DNA of 8,375 nucleotides from contig LVZN01000028.1 of assembly GCA_001695645.1 (NCBI GenBank), positions 1-8,375 of the forward strand. Direction: 5' to 3'. Source of the DNA: Erysipelotrichaceae bacterium MTC7. GTDB taxonomy: Bacteria; Bacillota_I; Bacilli_A; Erysipelotrichales; Erysipelotrichaceae. Below are positions 5,544 to 8,375 of the stretch, in pieces. A model generated the notes under the pieces. It ran no database searches. It had not been told where the DNA came from and saw only the letters and a program-made list of their open reading frames with translations. Every line of letters begins with the position of its first letter. Position 1 is the first letter of the stretch. The position numbers were made by a program, and so were the translations under genes.

Positions 5544-8069
5544 GTGGCACTAAAAACAATTTTAAATAAACAGACAGATTTTACGGGAGAGTTCCCAGTT
5601 GAGTATGCAAAATCTGGACTGTGGCGATTTAATGATGTATCGGTAGATGAATATGGTTATCTTGCAGACTCTTCTGGGTTAGACAGAAAAATAGAGCTTG
5701 TCAATTATCTAGGAACAACTGCAAGCCTTCAAAGCGGGCAAAAAGGGAGACAAATCCGAATCAACATCAACAATCCCGCTACAGAAAAAACCTACCTTAA
5801 AGTGGCCAATGATGGTACGTTCTTTTCTGAAATGGGAGAACGAATCCTTGTTGGCGGTTGGATGATACCGACTACTTATTCGGTGGGAAATACCTATTGC
5901 CCCATATTGAATACGCGCTATGGTCCTGGTCAGCCAATCTTTTACCTGTCGCTCTTTGCAGGCAGACCTAGAATCATGCTTTATAACGCTAGTGGTTCTC
6001 TTATACTCGACCAAACAACCACACCGCCTTTTTCACTTATCAATGGTGGTGTGTATTTTATTTGCATGGTCATAGAGCCAAACAATAAAAACGCATGGAT
6101 TGTACTGGGAGATAAGACGAATGGAACGAGCTGGGTATCTCCGACCTATTCCTTTACAGGCACACTAAACCCTTCTTGTACAGCTGACATCATTATGGGT
6201 ATGCATGCAGATGCTTACTGGTATGCAGGAAGATTTGATGACTGGTTTTTTGATATGGATTCCAGTCTTACAACGGATGAGTTGATTGATTATTTCAATG
6301 GGTCTCTTTTGACTAACGGTGGTGATATGGGCGGTACTGTTGACGCCCTTAGCGTACCGGGAGTGGTGAGCTTAAGGGAAACAGAAGGTATCTATCCAAT
6401 GGAAGGAACACTATATACGGCTCCGGCATCTTGTAATCTGTCTGGCACAGGTCGGGTCTCCGTTACCAGTGAATATATTTCTGGGGTAACTGCAGTTGGA
6501 CAGATAGAAACCTCAACAAGCGATGACCTAGTTCATTGGAGTGATTGGGTAGCCATCGCACTTGATGGAAAACTGGTATCTCCAAATAAGGCATACATTC
6601 GTTTTAGGGTCACACTTACTACCACAGATACGAGTAAGACCCCTCGAATTATTGATATCAGGCTATATGACATTCCAAAGTCACCTTATGAGAGGATTGG
6701 TTTTTCAAGACCGGTCGTACTGGATTCAACTGGAGCCTGGGAGGCTGTGTTAGAAAATGCCTATAACATTGTGGTAACCAGTGAAATCAATGGCGAGGAT
6801 ACGCTCTCCTTTATGATCCCCTACCGTGATCCCAAGCGGGGATTTATTGATAGTGAAAAGAAAATACAGATTGTTGATGACGTCTACAAAGTAAGGACTT
6901 TGACGGATACAAAAGACAGCGAAGGAAATCTAGCGACTGAAGTGTATGCTGAGGCAGAGTTTTATGACCTGACTTTTTCAGTGCGAAAAGAAGAGCATAA
7001 ATTTGATGCAGAAACTGCTGAAGTCTCTATGGCTTATGCCTTAGAAGGAACAGAGTGGAGCGTAGGCACAGTCAATGTGCGAACTAAAAGAACCTGGACG
7101 AGCACAGAAAAGAATGCACTTTCCATCCTTCGCACGGTTGCTGACTTACACGGTGGGGATCTTGTCTTTGATTGCCCGAATAGACTGGTCCATCTCTTAA
7201 CGGTCTATGGTACGGATAGTGGTGCATTGTTCGCCTATAAGAAAAATATGAAGAGCATTAAAAGGGTCGTGGATACCAGAAGTCTTGTAACAAGGCTCTA
7301 TGCCATTGGTAGCGATGGTCTTACTTTTGCAGACATCAATGGAGGAAAGGCATATGTGGAGGACTATACTTATTCGTCTGATATTCGAATATCAACGCTT
7401 GATTGTTCTTCCTTTACCAATCCCTATCAGATGAAAGAATATACCGAGATGAGGCTTGCTCAGTACGCAAAACCCAATATCTCTTATGTTTTAAATGCAA
7501 TGGATTTATCAGTCTTAACGGGTTATGAGCATGAGGCATGGTCGCTTGGCGATTACGTTCATGTAGAAGATAAAGATTTAGGGCTGTCGGTAACCACTCG
7601 TGTCATACGAAGAGAATACAACTTACAAGAACCATGGAATACGGTACTAGAACTATCCACTACCCTTAAAAATCTGGGCAGTTCTGCAAGCCAGTGGGAC
7701 AATGTAGCAGATTCTCTTGAAGGCACAAGTATGGTTACAAACAATGATATCCGTGAAATGGTGCCATTTAATTTATTGCGAAATTCTCGTGGTGATGATG
7801 CGATGGCTTATTGGGTTAACTCAGGCTTTGAAGTAGATGGTGATAACGGTGTGAGCGGTACTGCATCGTTTAAAGCAATGGGTGTAGCAAATATGACAAA
7901 GAGCATGGCTCAGACCATCTATCCAGCGAATCGTTCTAGCTACACGCTGTCGGCACAAATCGCATCTGAAAACCTTGAAAAGCTGAGTAGTAACTCACAG
8001 GTTGGCATCGAAGTGGTTATTGAATATGAAGATGGGACGACAGAAGCAAGGTTTATTGATTTGTATTAA
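5544..8069 (+). CDS. tail-associated baseplate/tip protein (Tal-like) with N-terminal LamG-like lectin-fold extension
   Basis: GGAGG at 5532-5536 lies 7 nt before GTG 5544. Residues ~389-705 (nt ~6710-7660: PVVLDSTGAWEAVLENAYNIVVTSEINGEDTLSFMIPY...VYAEAEFYDL...LYAIGSDGLTF...) match the 'phage minor structural protein N-terminal region / prophage tail endopeptidase' domain. Residues ~90-255 follow a LamG/ConA-like pattern ending in AGRFDDWFFDMDSSLTTDELIDYF. The C-terminus from ~739 (FNLLRNS...) looks like the first half of a beta-sandwich binding module. Confidence 0.8.
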   Translation: MALKTILNKQTDFTGEFPVEYAKSGLWRFNDVSVDEYGYLADSSGLDRKIELVNYLGTTASLQSGQKGRQIRININNPATEKTYLKVANDGTFFSEMGERILVGGWMIPTTYSVGNTYCPILNTRYGPGQPIFYLSLFAGRPRIMLYNASGSLILDQTTTPPFSLINGGVYFICMVIEPNNKNAWIVLGDKTNGTSWVSPTYSFTGTLNPSCTADIIMGMHADAYWYAGRFDDWFFDMDSSLTTDELIDYFNGSLLTNGGDMGGTVDALSVPGVVSLRETEGIYPMEGTLYTAPASCNLSGTGRVSVTSEYISGVTAVGQIETSTSDDLVHWSDWVAIALDGKLVSPNKAYIRFRVTLTTTDTSKTPRIIDIRLYDIPKSPYERIGFSRPVVLDSTGAWEAVLENAYNIVVTSEINGEDTLSFMIPYRDPKRGFIDSEKKIQIVDDVYKVRTLTDTKDSEGNLATEVYAEAEFYDLTFSVRKEEHKFDAETAEVSMAYALEGTEWSVGTVNVRTKRTWTSTEKNALSILRTVADLHGGDLVFDCPNRLVHLLTVYGTDSGALFAYKKNMKSIKRVVDTRSLVTRLYAIGSDGLTFADINGGKAYVEDYTYSSDIRISTLDCSSFTNPYQMKEYTEMRLAQYAKPNISYVLNAMDLSVLTGYEHEAWSLGDYVHVEDKDLGLSVTTRVIRREYNLQEPWNTVLELSTTLKNLGSSASQWDNVADSLEGTSMVTNNDIREMVPFNLLRNSRGDDAMAYWVNSGFEVDGDNGVSGTASFKAMGVANMTKSMAQTIYPANRSSYTLSAQIASENLEKLSSNSQVGIEVVIEYEDGTTEARFIDLY

Positions 8070-8081
8070 GGAGGTGGATTG

Positions 8082-8279
8082 GTGGCTTATTTTTCAAGAA
8101 CATCAGAAAAGATACTCCCAGAAAGCTACTCTTCAAAAGTAAAATCCATTACCATCCGTGTCTGTGTCACAAATTGCACAGGCACTTTTTATATTACGGA
8201 TCTCTTTTTACAAGCAGGGTCAGTAGTCACGGGATGGGTAGGTCATCCCTGTGAAATAAGGTGGACGTTAGATGGCTAA
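8082..8279 (+). CDS. small ORF (65 aa) in the same frame as the preceding Tal gene; possibly the detached C-terminal part of its last domain
   Basis: GGAGG at 8070-8074 lies 7 nt before GTG 8082 (the track uses TTG 8079). The frame is identical to 5544-8069, interrupted only by TAA 8067-8069. The ending ...GTFYITDLFLQAGSVVTGWVGHPCE resembles the terminal strands of phage receptor-binding beta-sandwich modules. Confidence 0.5.
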   Translation: MAYFSRTSEKILPESYSSKVKSITIRVCVTNCTGTFYITDLFLQAGSVVTGWVGHPCEIRWTLDG

Positions 8280-8375
8280 GGTTAAATTTATAAGGTTAGC
8301 AGAAGTCATAAATAAAAAACAAGATAAGCGTGTCATGAGTGTAAGCATAAAACCTACCCTCTATGATTGCACTGG
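8272..8375 (+). CDS. 5' end of a downstream gene (partial, unknown product)
   Basis: ATG 8272 overlaps the upstream stop (ATGGCTAA). AAGGTGGA at 8258-8265 is a plausible RBS. The frame is open to the window edge (MAKVKFIRLAEVINKKQDKRVMSVSIKPTLYDCT...). It is too short to identify. Confidence 0.4.
   Translation, partial: MAKVKFIRLAEVINKKQDKRVMSVSIKPTLYDCT

Noticed and set aside
5709-7744. ORFs 5709-6014 (-), 6562-6753 (+, out of frame) and 7559-7744 (-)
   Set aside because: They are nested in the 841-aa Tal gene. They have no translation signals and no recognisable motifs.

Overview
Every credible gene lies on the + strand. The window is the tail-morphogenesis module of a siphovirus-type phage or prophage from a Gram-positive, Bacillota-like host (strong AGGAGG ribosome-binding sites, several TTG/GTG starts). 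Gene order: (1) 3' end of an upstream structural gene; (2) phi13/TP901-type major tail protein, 84-668; (3) tail assembly chaperone G, 682-1065, with a -1 frameshift extension missing from the ORF track (slippery A_AAA_AAC at 1044-1050, T segment open to 1253), giving a 190-aa GT product; (4) an AT-rich, roughly 0.9 kb self-contained cassette, 1254-2143; (5) an 868-aa tape measure protein, 2144-4750, containing a 44-residue (132-bp) periodic repeat array; (6) distal tail protein (Dit), 4763-5539; (7) an 841-aa Tal-type baseplate/tip protein, 5544-8069, whose conserved 'prophage tail' domain sits behind a ~385-aa LamG-like N-terminal extension; (8) a 65-aa ORF in the same frame as Tal, separated by one TAA; (9) the start of a further gene. 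The cassette carries its own sigma-A-type promoter, operator-like repeats, a 71-aa XRE-family HTH regulator, an overlapping 147-aa four-TM membrane protein and its own intrinsic terminator. It sits between GT and the tape measure gene, which are normally adjacent. This moron-like cassette is the best candidate for an undescribed, prophage-expressed system such as superinfection exclusion or defence, but that function is inference only. I saw no tRNA, rRNA, CRISPR array, transposase or integrase. All family assignments rest on motif recognition and synteny, not on searches.
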